Assembly (NCBI GenBank): GCA_017882615.1
Contig: JADGPD010000001.1
Span: 46,531 to 110,530, forward strand
Origin: Thermoleophilia bacterium
Lineage (GTDB): Bacteria > Actinomycetota > Thermoleophilia > Gaiellales > Gaiellaceae
Length of the DNA: 64,000 nucleotides
Direction: 5' to 3'
Position numbers and translations under genes: made by a program. Shown one piece after another: positions 28,224-37,096 of the stretch (the stretch's first letter is position 1; the number at the start of each line of letters is the position of its first letter). Under the pieces are notes generated by a model. It saw only the letters and a list, made by a program, of their open reading frames with translations. It had not been told where the DNA came from and did not search any database.

Positions 28224-28253
28224 GTTACGCAGGCGCGTCTGGAGGAGATCGAG

Positions 28254-28745
28254 TTGACAACCACTCACCGTAGTCCGGCCCTCGCCGCCACCAGCGTCGA
28301 GGAAGCGGTCGAAGCTCTGCGCGAGCGCGGGCTGAGGGCTTCAGCCGCGCGCCGGCTCGTGCTCGAAGCCCTCTACGGCGCCGACGGTCCGCTTTCGGCC
28401 GAGCGCGTCGCCGAAGGGCTGGAAGGACGCTTGCCGCGCTCTGATCTGGCCTCGGTCTATCGCAACCTCGAGACTTTGGAGGAGGTCGGGCTCGTTCGCC
28501 ACGTCCACCTCGGCCACGGTCCGGGCCTGTATGCGCTCGCCGCCCCCGAGCATGAGTACCTCGTCTGCGAGTCCTGCCACGCGGTTCGGACGGTCGCAAG
28601 CGAGGAACTCGACGCGGTTCGCACTCAGGTGCGCGAGCAGTTCGGTTACGAGCCCCGTTTCGCCCACTTCCCGCTTGTCGGGCTATGCCCCGACTGCATC
28701 TCCGAAAGCCACGGCCACGAGGAACGCAAGCGTGCACATTCCTGA
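28254..28745 (+). CDS. Fur family transcriptional regulator (metal specificity unknown; Nur/Zur-like context)
   Basis: 163 aa. DNA-binding helix region (SAERVAEGL..., VYRNLETLEEVGLV), HxxH-type HVHLGHG, and CESC plus CPDC zinc site. TTG start. Confidence 0.85.
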   Translation: MTTTHRSPALAATSVEEAVEALRERGLRASAARRLVLEALYGADGPLSAERVAEGLEGRLPRSDLASVYRNLETLEEVGLVRHVHLGHGPGLYALAAPEHEYLVCESCHAVRTVASEELDAVRTQVREQFGYEPRFAHFPLVGLCPDCISESHGHEERKRAHS

Positions 28746-29793
28746 CGGCTATCTGAGCCCGGCCACGTGTGCGGTCACCGGCGCCGCGATGGTGCCCGTG
28801 ATCGGTACCGCCTGCGCCCGGGTGAAGCGGGTCGTCAAGGATCGGCACGCGCCGCTGCTCGCGCTCGGCGCCGCCTACAGCTTCCTGGTGATGATGTTCA
28901 ACATCCCGATCCCGGACGGAACTACGGCGCACGCTGTGGGGGCGGTACTGATCGCCGTCTTGCTCGGGCCCTGGGCGGCGGTGGTTTGCGTCAGCGTTGC
29001 GCTGGTGATCCAGGCGCTCTTCTTCGGCGACGGCGGCGTGCTGGCGCTCGGCGCCAACGCCCTGAACATGGCCTTCGTGATGCCGTTCGTCGGCTACGGG
29101 GTCTACCGTTTGGCGGCCCGGAACACGTCGCTGACATCCAGGCGGCGGGCGCTGGCGGCCGGTGTCGGCGGCTACGTCGGCTTGAACGCGGCGGCGCTTT
29201 GCGCGGCGATCGAGTTCGGGCTGCAACCGACTCTCTTCCACTCGGCGAACGGCACGCCGCTGTATGCGCCCTTCCACCTCGCGCAGACGATTCCGACGAT
29301 GGCGCTTGCACACCTCACGATCGCCGGCGCCGCCGAGCTCATTCTCACCTTGGGCGTCGTCGCCTACCTACAGCGGGCGAACCTGCCGCTGCTGCGCATC
29401 AATCACCCCGGCGTCGTCGACACCGACGAGGAGCTGGCTCCCACGCGCGGGCTGCCGGCGCTTCGTTGGGCCCTGATCGGCATCGCGACGATGATCGTTC
29501 TCTCGCCGCTCGGGCTGCTTGCACCCGGTACCGCCTACGGCGAGGGAGCGTCGGCCGACCTCAACCTGCACAAGTACGGGCTGAGTGCGATTCCCAGCGG
29601 TCTCCAGCACTACAACGGCTTCTGGAAGCACACGCTGCTGGCTGACTACGGCTTCGCGTCGGGCCGGCACTCAAGCCTCGGCTACGTCCTGTCGGCGGCG
29701 CTGGGCGCGCTGGTCGTAGGAGCCGCAATCCTGCTTTTCGTCGCTGTCGGTCGGGCGGTCGCGCGGCGGCGGCCGGACGTGCAGACGGGGTAG
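28732..29793 (+). CDS. ECF transporter substrate-capture component CbiM/NikM fused to a C-terminal NikN/PDGLE-like segment
   Basis: A GTG at 28732 gives the family-defining N-terminus (M)HIPDGYLS, and the conserved His lies in DGTTAHAVG. The extra C-terminal 100 aa or so end in a TM helix. Overlaps the fur-family 3' end by 14 nt. Confidence 0.85.
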   Translation: MHIPDGYLSPATCAVTGAAMVPVIGTACARVKRVVKDRHAPLLALGAAYSFLVMMFNIPIPDGTTAHAVGAVLIAVLLGPWAAVVCVSVALVIQALFFGDGGVLALGANALNMAFVMPFVGYGVYRLAARNTSLTSRRRALAAGVGGYVGLNAAALCAAIEFGLQPTLFHSANGTPLYAPFHLAQTIPTMALAHLTIAGAAELILTLGVVAYLQRANLPLLRINHPGVVDTDEELAPTRGLPALRWALIGIATMIVLSPLGLLAPGTAYGEGASADLNLHKYGLSAIPSGLQHYNGFWKHTLLADYGFASGRHSSLGYVLSAALGALVVGAAILLFVAVGRAVARRRPDVQTG

Positions 29794-29796
29794 GCG

Positions 29797-30723
29797 TTGG
29801 CCGGCGGCGCTACGACACCGGCCTGGCTGCTCGAGAGCGAGGCAGGCGCCTTCCCGATTGGCTGCAGCGGCCGGCGCCGGCGCGGAAATGCGCTCGAGAA
29901 GACGCTCGACGGATTGGCGAAGATCGTCCGGCAGGCGATCACGAGCGAGGAGACCGCGGCGCGGCCGGGCCTCTTACAGAGCCTCGATGCCCGGGCCAAG
30001 TTGCCCGGCGTCGTCGCGCTGCTCGTCGCGGTCGGGCTCGTGCGTCACATTCCCGTGCTCGCCGGCCTCTATCTGTTCACGCTCGGGCTCGCGGCCGCTT
30101 CGCGGATCGGGCTGTGGGGATTCGTCAAGCGAGTCTGGCTCTTCATACCCGTCTTCACCGGGGTGATCGTGGCGCCGGCGATGTTCAGTTTCGTCACGCC
30201 CGGCGAGGTCGTGCTGCCGCTCGGGCACTGGTTCGGGCACGAGGTCGGGCTGACACGGCAGGGCCTCACCTCGGCGGGATTGATCGTCTGCCGGGTCGCC
30301 ACGTCGATCTCGCTCGTAGTGCTGCTGACGCTGACGACGTCCTGGCCGGGGCTGCTCTCGGCGCTCAGAGCCCTGTTCGTGCCGCGGCTGCTCGTGCTCG
30401 TCCTCGGCATGGCCTACCGCTATCTCTTCGTCCTGCTCGACTCGATTTCGGAAATGGTGGTTGCGCGCAGGGCGCGAACGATCGCCGCGGGAAGGAACCG
30501 GCACGGGGCGCGGGCGGCCGCCAGCTTCTCGGGCGGAGCGCTCTTCGGCAAGGCGCACGCGCTCAGCGAGGAGATTCACCAGGCGATGCTGGCGCGCGGC
30601 TTCCGCGGCGAGGCAAGGACACTCGAGCGAGTTCGCCTGCGAGCGGTTGACGGAACCTGGCTCCTTGCTTGCCTGGTGCTGGCGGTGCTCGTAGTGGGAG
30701 GGGATCGTGCGCTTGGGCTCTGA
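29797..30723 (+). CDS. cbiQ: ECF transporter transmembrane (T) component CbiQ/NikQ
   Basis: 308 aa, polytopic, with ARRART and ALSEEIHQAMLARGF motifs characteristic of CbiQ/EcfT coupling helices. The exact start is uncertain (TTG at 29797). Confidence 0.8.
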   Translation: MAGGATTPAWLLESEAGAFPIGCSGRRRRGNALEKTLDGLAKIVRQAITSEETAARPGLLQSLDARAKLPGVVALLVAVGLVRHIPVLAGLYLFTLGLAAASRIGLWGFVKRVWLFIPVFTGVIVAPAMFSFVTPGEVVLPLGHWFGHEVGLTRQGLTSAGLIVCRVATSISLVVLLTLTTSWPGLLSALRALFVPRLLVLVLGMAYRYLFVLLDSISEMVVARRARTIAAGRNRHGARAAASFSGGALFGKAHALSEEIHQAMLARGFRGEARTLERVRLRAVDGTWLLACLVLAVLVVGGDRALGL

Positions 30724-31537
30724 GCCGCTGCTGGTAGCCGAGAGTCTCAGCTACTCCTATCTCGAGCGCTTCGCCGCGCTCGAGGACGTCTCGCTCGAGG
30801 TTCAGCGCGGCGAGCGGCTGGCGCTTCTCGGCGCCAACGGCTGCGGCAAGTCGACGTTGCTCAAGATCCTGGCCGGCCTGATCTTTCCCGACCGGGGCAG
30901 CTACCGCGCCTTCGGTGAAGAGGTGAGCGAGCCGAAGCTCGAAGACGAGCAGTTCTCACGGGGCTTCCGCGCCCGGGTCGGCTTCGTCTTCCAGAACACC
31001 GACGCCCAGGTCTTCTCGCCCACGGTGCGCGAAGAGATCGCGTTCGGGCCGCTGCAACTCGGGCTTGCGCCCGGAGAGATCGAGGCGCGGACGAACGACG
31101 TGGTCGCGCTGCTCGAGATCGGCGATCTGATCGAGCGGGCGCCTTACCAGCTCTCGGCCGGGCAGAAGAAGAGGGTCGCGATCGCCTCGGTGCTGGTGAT
31201 GAACCCCGAGCTGCTGCTCTTCGACGAGCCCACGGCCGGGCTCGATCCGCGCAGCCGCCACTGGCTGCTCGAGTTGATGAGCGAGCTGGGAGCGGCGGGG
31301 AAGACGATCGTCTTCGCCACGCACGAGCTCGAGCAGCTCGAGTGGGTCGCCGACCGCTGTCTCGTCCTCTCCGAAGCTCATCGCCTGCTGGCGGAGGGCA
31401 CGCCAAACGAGATCCTCTCCGACAGGGAGCTGCTGCTGCGGGCGAATCTCATCCACGAGCACACCCATCAGCACGGGGCTCTCCTGCACAGTCACCCGCA
31501 CGAGCGCGGTCATCACGCGACGGGGACGGCCGGCTGA
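30707..31537 (+). CDS. cbiO: ECF transporter ATPase CbiO/NikO with His-rich C-terminal tail
   Basis: 276 aa with Walker A GANGCGKST, signature LSAGQKKRV, and Walker B LLLFDEPTAGLD. The tail is HEHTHQHGALLHSHPHERGHH. Confidence 0.9.
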   Translation: MRLGSEPLLVAESLSYSYLERFAALEDVSLEVQRGERLALLGANGCGKSTLLKILAGLIFPDRGSYRAFGEEVSEPKLEDEQFSRGFRARVGFVFQNTDAQVFSPTVREEIAFGPLQLGLAPGEIEARTNDVVALLEIGDLIERAPYQLSAGQKKRVAIASVLVMNPELLLFDEPTAGLDPRSRHWLLELMSELGAAGKTIVFATHELEQLEWVADRCLVLSEAHRLLAEGTPNEILSDRELLLRANLIHEHTHQHGALLHSHPHERGHHATGTAG

Positions 31538-31575
31538 TTGCCGAGCGCCGTGCGAGCGAGTAGGTTTCGCTCGCC

Positions 31576-33225
31576 GTGATTCGCGCCACCGTCAGCAGCC
31601 GTGCCCGGCAACTGCGCGAAGCGCTTGCGGATGCACTCGTCCGAGAGGCCCTGATCGCAGCTTCGCTCGCGGGCGCTCTTGCGGCGCTGTTCGCCTGGCT
31701 CGGCCCGCCCGGAAACGATCTCGCCGCTCACGTGTATCTGCGCTGGGAATTCCTCCAGCACGGGCTCGTCTTCTGGAACAACTACTGGTACTCCGGCCGC
31801 TACAGCTACATCACCTACAGCCCGCTCTACTACCCGCTCGCCGGTCTGATCGGAATCCGGCTGCTGGCGACCGTCTCGATTGCGGCGTCGGCCTTCGCCT
31901 TTTCGATGCTGCTGGGACGGCAGTGGGGCGGGGTGGCGCGCTGGTCGAGTCGCAGCTTCGCCGTGCTCTGGGCGGGGATCGTCTTTTCGGCCGCCTTCCC
32001 CTTCGAGCTCGGGGGAATGCTGGCGCTCTTTGCCATCCTGGCGCTCCAGGCTCGCGGCCGCTGGCGCTTCGCCGTCTTTTCCTTCCTGACGCTGCTTGCC
32101 AGTCCGCTCGCCTTTGCCTTCTTGCTGCTGGTCGTCGCTTCGTTCGGTCTCGCCGACGCGAGAAAGCATCTGGCGGGGCTGCGTCAACCGGCGCTCGCGC
32201 TGGGGGCTTGCCTGGTGCTCGGTCTACTCGCCTGGCGCATGTTCCCCAGCTCCGGCCGCTACCCGTTTCAGCTCATGATCTTGCTCGAGATAGCGGCCTT
32301 CTGCGCGCTCGGCGCCGCGCTCACTTGGCGCACCCCGGAAGCGCGCCTGTTGCGTTGGATCTTCCCGCTTTACCTCGGCGCCAGCCTGGTCGTGTACGCG
32401 ATCTCGTCTGAGCTGGGCTCGAACATCGGGCGCCTGCGGCTTTTCGCCTTGCCGATCACGCTGCTGGCCTTCTCGCTCAGGGGCTACCGTCCGCGCCTGC
32501 TCGTCGCGCCGGCGCTTGCTCTCGTTCTCGTCTGGAACCTCGGCCCGATCGTGGACGGTTTCAGTAAGGGGCACAGCGATCCCAGTAACAAGAAGGAGTA
32601 CTGGGCTCCGGCGATCGGCTTCCTGCATGGGCAGCTGGCGCCCTCCTACCGCGCCGAATCGGTCGACACCGTCAACCACTGGGCGGCGCTCTACCTACCG
32701 CAGGCCGGCATACCGCTCCTGCGCGGCTGGTTCCGGCAGGACGACTACCCGCAGAACGAGATCCTCTACAAAGACCTGTCCCCGCGTTCCTACCTTGGCT
32801 GGCTGCGCGGCCTGGGCGCCCGTTACGTGATCTTGACCGATGCTCCGAGCGACTACAGCTCGCGCGACGAGGCGGCGCTGATCCGTAGCGGGCGCTCAGG
32901 CTTGAACGAGGTCTTCCGTTCGTCCAATCTGACGATCTACGAAGTTCCGCATCCCCGCTCGATGCTCACCGGCCCGGGGAATCCGCGCGTCCTCGCGCTG
33001 GAGACCGCTCGGGTGCGGCTCCGGCTCCCCGGCGCCGGCCGCTACCGGCTTGCCGTGCACTATTCGCCGTACCTGCACGCCGCCGGTGTCTGCCTACGCA
33101 GGCGAGCCGACGGCATGACGGAGCTCGTGGCTCGCCGCAGCGAGGTGATCACGCTCACGTTCGATCTCGATCCCGGGCGGGCGCTCGACGTGCTCGCCGG
33201 TGTCGAGGAGAGCGACTGCGCCTAG
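31576..33225 (+). CDS. Large polytopic membrane protein with C-terminal soluble domain (family not recognised; GT-C-like architecture)
   Basis: 549 aa, about 10 or more hydrophobic helices, an early AAHVYLRWEF..WNNYWYSGRY motif, and a soluble tail of about 200 aa. GTG start 38 nt after cbiO. Confidence 0.6.
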   Translation: MIRATVSSRARQLREALADALVREALIAASLAGALAALFAWLGPPGNDLAAHVYLRWEFLQHGLVFWNNYWYSGRYSYITYSPLYYPLAGLIGIRLLATVSIAASAFAFSMLLGRQWGGVARWSSRSFAVLWAGIVFSAAFPFELGGMLALFAILALQARGRWRFAVFSFLTLLASPLAFAFLLLVVASFGLADARKHLAGLRQPALALGACLVLGLLAWRMFPSSGRYPFQLMILLEIAAFCALGAALTWRTPEARLLRWIFPLYLGASLVVYAISSELGSNIGRLRLFALPITLLAFSLRGYRPRLLVAPALALVLVWNLGPIVDGFSKGHSDPSNKKEYWAPAIGFLHGQLAPSYRAESVDTVNHWAALYLPQAGIPLLRGWFRQDDYPQNEILYKDLSPRSYLGWLRGLGARYVILTDAPSDYSSRDEAALIRSGRSGLNEVFRSSNLTIYEVPHPRSMLTGPGNPRVLALETARVRLRLPGAGRYRLAVHYSPYLHAAGVCLRRRADGMTELVARRSEVITLTFDLDPGRALDVLAGVEESDCA

Positions 33226-33401
33226 AAAAGGCGGCTCGACCTGGCGTAAACGGCGCCAGCTATCCTCGATTCTCACGGTTATGCGGCAAGCCCAATAGCG
33301 ACGGTGGCGCGGGCGCGCGTTCGAAGTAAGGTTCTCGTCTCTCCTGCCGATCTTGCTAAGTGGTTCTGTCCCACGGTTTTTGGCATTCGAGGAGGGTCCT
33401 C

Positions 33402-35573
33402 TTGTTCGAGCATCTCGGGCGCTACGTCGTCGCCCATCCCTGGCGAATCATCGCCGCCTGGGTGATCGCGGTAGCGATCATCGTCCCGTTCGCGCCTTCG
33501 CTCGCCAGCGTCTCGAGCTCTGACCAGGCCAGCTTCCTGCCCAGCTCGTACGAGTCGGTGCGAGCCGAGAAACTCGTCCAGAAGGCCTTCCCGGGTACCA
33601 GCGGGGCCTCGGCGATCTTCATTGTCGAGCGCGGCGACGGGCACAAGCTGACGCCGAGCGACCGGCGCGAGATCGGGACGTTGGCCGCCCGCCTTCAAAC
33701 ATCGAAAATCGAGAGCGTAGGACGCGTCAGCACGGGCGTGCGTCTCTCCTCGCCGAACGGCAAGGCCCAGTTGATCGACGTCGCCTTCCGTGGCTCGTCT
33801 GAGGATCCGTCCGTTCAACAAGCGGTGGGCACGCTGCGCACGAATGCCAACTCGATTCTCAGGGGAGGCTCTCTGCGCGCCGGGCTGACCGGAGAGGCGG
33901 CGATCCAGGTTGATTCGAGCAACTCCTTCGGCTCCGCCCAGAGGGTCGTCTTCCTGGCCACGATCGTGCTCATCCTGGGAATGCTCCTGGCGGTTTTCCG
34001 CAGTCCGATTGCCGCGATCTTCCCGCTCGCCTCGATCGGGCTCGTCTACGTGCTGACCACCAAAGCGCTGGCCGCGCTGGCTCAGGCGCTCGGCTTTCGG
34101 CTCGACGAGTCGACCTCGTCGCTTCTGATCGTCGTGCTGTTCGGCATCGGGACCGATTACATCCTCTTCCTTCTATTCCGCTACCGCGAGCGCCTGGGCA
34201 AGGGCGACGACTCCAAGACTGCGATCAGGCACTCGGTGCACAAGGTCGGAACGGCCATCGCCTCCTCCGGTCTGGTGGTGATGGCGGCGATGCTGGCGCT
34301 CGTCCTCTCCGACCTCGGCTCCTTCCGCAACATGGCGCCCGGCTTCCTGCTCAGCGTCGGCACCATGCTCGTCGCATCGCTGACGCTGGTTCCGGCCGTG
34401 CTGACGCTGCTCGGCCCGCGCGTCTTCTGGCCTTCCAAGCGCTGGCGCCGCGAGCGGCACGGACGCGTGTATCCGGCGCTCGGGCGCCTGATCTCGCGCC
34501 GGCCGGGACTGACCGCGCTCGCCTCGGGAGCGCTTCTCGTGGGGCTCGCCTCGGGCGTGATCTACTTCAAGGCGAGCTACGACATCACCAGCAGCCTGCC
34601 GTCGAACACGAAATCGGCGCAAGCGATCACGAGCCTCGACAAGGCCTACCCGCCCGGCTCGCTCAACCCAACTCAGATCCTCGTCTCGAGCAAGCAGCGG
34701 CTCGGCAAGTCCGACCTGGCGCCGATCACCGCACGGGTCAAGCGCGTCAAGGGAGTCGCCTCGGTCGTCACAGCGGGCTTCAGCCCCGACAGGCGCACGG
34801 CCGAGCTCGATGTGAACGTCCTTGCCAACCCGAGCTCGCGGGCGGCGATGTCGCTCGTCTCCGGCCCGGTGAAGGACGCGGCCCAGACCGCCGCCGGCCC
34901 GGGCAGGTCGATCTTGATCGGAGGCGAGTCGATGTCGCTCGCTGACGTTAGCCACGCCACGAACCGCGACTACACGATCGTCTATCCGTTCGCGGCCGCT
35001 TTGATCCTGCTGATCCTCGCCATCTTGCTGCGCAGCTTGATCGCGCCGCTCTATCTCCTGGTCGGAGTAGGCCTCGGCTACACGGCGACTCTCGGCGCCT
35101 CGGTGCATGTCTTCCAAGGCCTGCAGGGGCGCTCGGGCCTGCTCTTCATGATGCCGATCCTCGTCTACCTGTTCGTGGTCGCGGTGGGCACCGACTACAA
35201 CATCCTGCTGACCACGCGCCTGCGCGAGGAGATCGTGGCAGGAGCATCGCCCCGCCGCGCCGCGGCTCTCGCGGTTGAGCACGGAGGGCCCACCGTCGCC
35301 TCGGCCGGGATCATCCTCGCCGGCACCTTCGGCTCTCTGATGCTGACCGGTGTGAGCCTGCTTTCGGAGATCGGGTTCGCGGTCGCCTCGGGCATCGTGC
35401 TGGTGGCGATCGTGATGGCGAGCATCTTCGTGCCCAGCGTCGCCACCCTGCTCGGTCGCTTCATCTGGTGGCCCGGCCATCAACCGGGACGGATCCTGCG
35501 CGACAAGGCCAAGCAGCTGGTCGAAGACGCGCTGCATCCGCCGAAGCTCGACGACGAGCCGGCTGCTTCGTAG
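33402..35573 (+). CDS. MMPL family (RND superfamily) transporter
   Basis: Two 6-TM bundles, each preceded by a soluble loop, with GTDY(I/N)(L/I)(F/L)L motifs in both halves. Start placed at the TTG 33402, preceded by GGAGG; the track ORF starts at GTG 33360. Confidence 0.88.
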   Translation: MFEHLGRYVVAHPWRIIAAWVIAVAIIVPFAPSLASVSSSDQASFLPSSYESVRAEKLVQKAFPGTSGASAIFIVERGDGHKLTPSDRREIGTLAARLQTSKIESVGRVSTGVRLSSPNGKAQLIDVAFRGSSEDPSVQQAVGTLRTNANSILRGGSLRAGLTGEAAIQVDSSNSFGSAQRVVFLATIVLILGMLLAVFRSPIAAIFPLASIGLVYVLTTKALAALAQALGFRLDESTSSLLIVVLFGIGTDYILFLLFRYRERLGKGDDSKTAIRHSVHKVGTAIASSGLVVMAAMLALVLSDLGSFRNMAPGFLLSVGTMLVASLTLVPAVLTLLGPRVFWPSKRWRRERHGRVYPALGRLISRRPGLTALASGALLVGLASGVIYFKASYDITSSLPSNTKSAQAITSLDKAYPPGSLNPTQILVSSKQRLGKSDLAPITARVKRVKGVASVVTAGFSPDRRTAELDVNVLANPSSRAAMSLVSGPVKDAAQTAAGPGRSILIGGESMSLADVSHATNRDYTIVYPFAAALILLILAILLRSLIAPLYLLVGVGLGYTATLGASVHVFQGLQGRSGLLFMMPILVYLFVVAVGTDYNILLTTRLREEIVAGASPRRAAALAVEHGGPTVASAGIILAGTFGSLMLTGVSLLSEIGFAVASGIVLVAIVMASIFVPSVATLLGRFIWWPGHQPGRILRDKAKQLVEDALHPPKLDDEPAAS

Positions 35574-35618
35574 CGCGGTCACGGTTCCGGTTTGCCGTCA
35601 TTGGGAAGACGAAAACCG

Positions 35619-36260
35619 ATGCGAATCGCGGTGATCGGAGCATCCGGTTGGTTGGGCGGGGCGATAGCTCGGGAAGCCCTTGCGCGCGGGCATCAGGTGA
35701 CCGCGATCGGTCGCGATCCCGCCCGTCTGGCGAGTCTGGAGGTGACGGCCGTCGCTCATGCCGACGTAACCGATCCCGACGCGATCGCCGGGCCGCTCAA
35801 GGGAAGCGATGCCGTCGTAGTCGCGGTCGTCGATCGCGCGAACGAAAACTGGGACGTCATCCCGCGAGCGGCCGCAGCGCTGCTCGAGGCGCTTCCGATG
35901 GCGGGAGTGAAGCGACTCCTCTTCATCGGCGGCGCCGGGAGTCTCGAGGACGAAACCGGAGTCAGGCTCGTCGACAAACCCGATGCTCCGCCCGAGTACG
36001 TGCCCGAGGCGCTCGCACAGGCCGAGGCCCTTGCCACTCTCCGCAGCTCCAGCGGCGAGGTTGAGTGGAGTTATCTGAGCCCCTCGCCGATGCTGATCCC
36101 GGGCGAGAAGAACGGCAACTACCGCGTCCAGGCCGGCGACCGAGCGCTTGTAGACGAGCGCGGAGAAAGCCGCATCGCGGCGGGAGACCTGGCCGCCGCG
36201 GCGCTTGACGAGCTCGAGCAAAACCGCTTTCCGGGGCAAAGGTTCACCGTCGGATACTGA
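35619..36260 (+). CDS. NAD(P)-binding atypical SDR / NmrA-like oxidoreductase
   Basis: 213 aa from MRIAVIGASGWLGGAI (Rossmann GxxGxxG). Confidence 0.75.
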   Translation: MRIAVIGASGWLGGAIAREALARGHQVTAIGRDPARLASLEVTAVAHADVTDPDAIAGPLKGSDAVVVAVVDRANENWDVIPRAAAALLEALPMAGVKRLLFIGGAGSLEDETGVRLVDKPDAPPEYVPEALAQAEALATLRSSSGEVEWSYLSPSPMLIPGEKNGNYRVQAGDRALVDERGESRIAAGDLAAAALDELEQNRFPGQRFTVGY

Positions 36261-36502
36261 GCTCCTAGGTCGGCGCTGTAGACCGCAGCCGAAGACGACG
36301 GATTGCGCTGTAGGGCGCCGGCTCGGGGTTCGGGCGCCTTTGCCCACCCGCCACCCCCCACCCTCCCACGGGGCGGGGAACGGTAGCGTGAAAACGCACC
36401 CCGGAATGTGCCGGTTCTGCTTCAGATTCGCACGAATCGCCGGCTCTGGCTCGCGGCGCGATCCAACGCAGTACGCTTGCGGCGCAAATCAAGGAGGAAG
36501 CC

Positions 36503-37021
36503 GTGTCACCCAAGCCTCACCTGCGCCCGCTCGAGCTGAAGGATGTCGAGCAGGTGACCGCGATCTACGCTCACTACGTCGCCAGCGGCGCTGCCACCTT
36601 CGACGAGATCGCGCCCGACGAAGGAGCCTGGTCGGCGAAGGCTGGGAGCATCGTGGCGCACGGGTTTCCCTTCCTCATCGTCGAGGTCGGTGAGAAGGTT
36701 GCCGGCTTTGCCTATGCGACTTTATGGCGACCGAGGCCGGCCTACCGTCATACGGTCGAAGACACGGTCTACGTCGCGCCCGACCGGCTGCGCCAGGGCC
36801 TGGGCGGGATGCTCCTGGAAGGCGTCGTCGAGGGCTGCCGGAGAGCCGGAGTGGAACAGCTGATCGCCGTGATCGCCGACACCGGCGACCCGGCCTCCGA
36901 GGCGCTGCATATAAGCGCCGGCTTCGCTGAGGTTGGTCGTTTGAGCAAGGTCGGTTTCAAGCACGGGCAGTGGATCGACACGGTGCTGCTGCAGCTCAGC
37001 CTGGAACAGGGCGAGAGTTAG
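36503..37021 (+). CDS. GNAT N-acetyltransferase, phosphinothricin/methionine-sulfoximine acetyltransferase-like
   Basis: 172 aa with IYAHYV..ATFDE, GFAYATLWRPRPAYRHTVEDTVYV and GLGGMLLEG, matching the PAT-family pattern. GTG start after AAGGAGG. Confidence 0.7.
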   Translation: MSPKPHLRPLELKDVEQVTAIYAHYVASGAATFDEIAPDEGAWSAKAGSIVAHGFPFLIVEVGEKVAGFAYATLWRPRPAYRHTVEDTVYVAPDRLRQGLGGMLLEGVVEGCRRAGVEQLIAVIADTGDPASEALHISAGFAEVGRLSKVGFKHGQWIDTVLLQLSLEQGES

Positions 37022-37096
37022 CTCGACCGCGGTTTAGCGATCTCGCGGTTACATCACTCTGGCGACAAGGAAAAGCAACGCGATCGGGCGTTCGCG

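Noticed and set aside
28136-28731. Cobalamin or NiCo riboswitch upstream of cbiM/nikM
   Set aside because: The space upstream of the transporter is occupied by the fur-family coding sequence, which overlaps the cbiM start. The 118-bp region upstream of fur is too short and shows no B12-box-like sequence.
36261-36502. Possible small RNA or riboswitch in the 242-bp gap before the PAT-like acetyltransferase
   Set aside because: It shows only a GGCGCC-based hairpin followed by TTTG (probably the terminator of the preceding oxidoreductase gene) and a C-rich tract. There is no recognisable conserved RNA motif.
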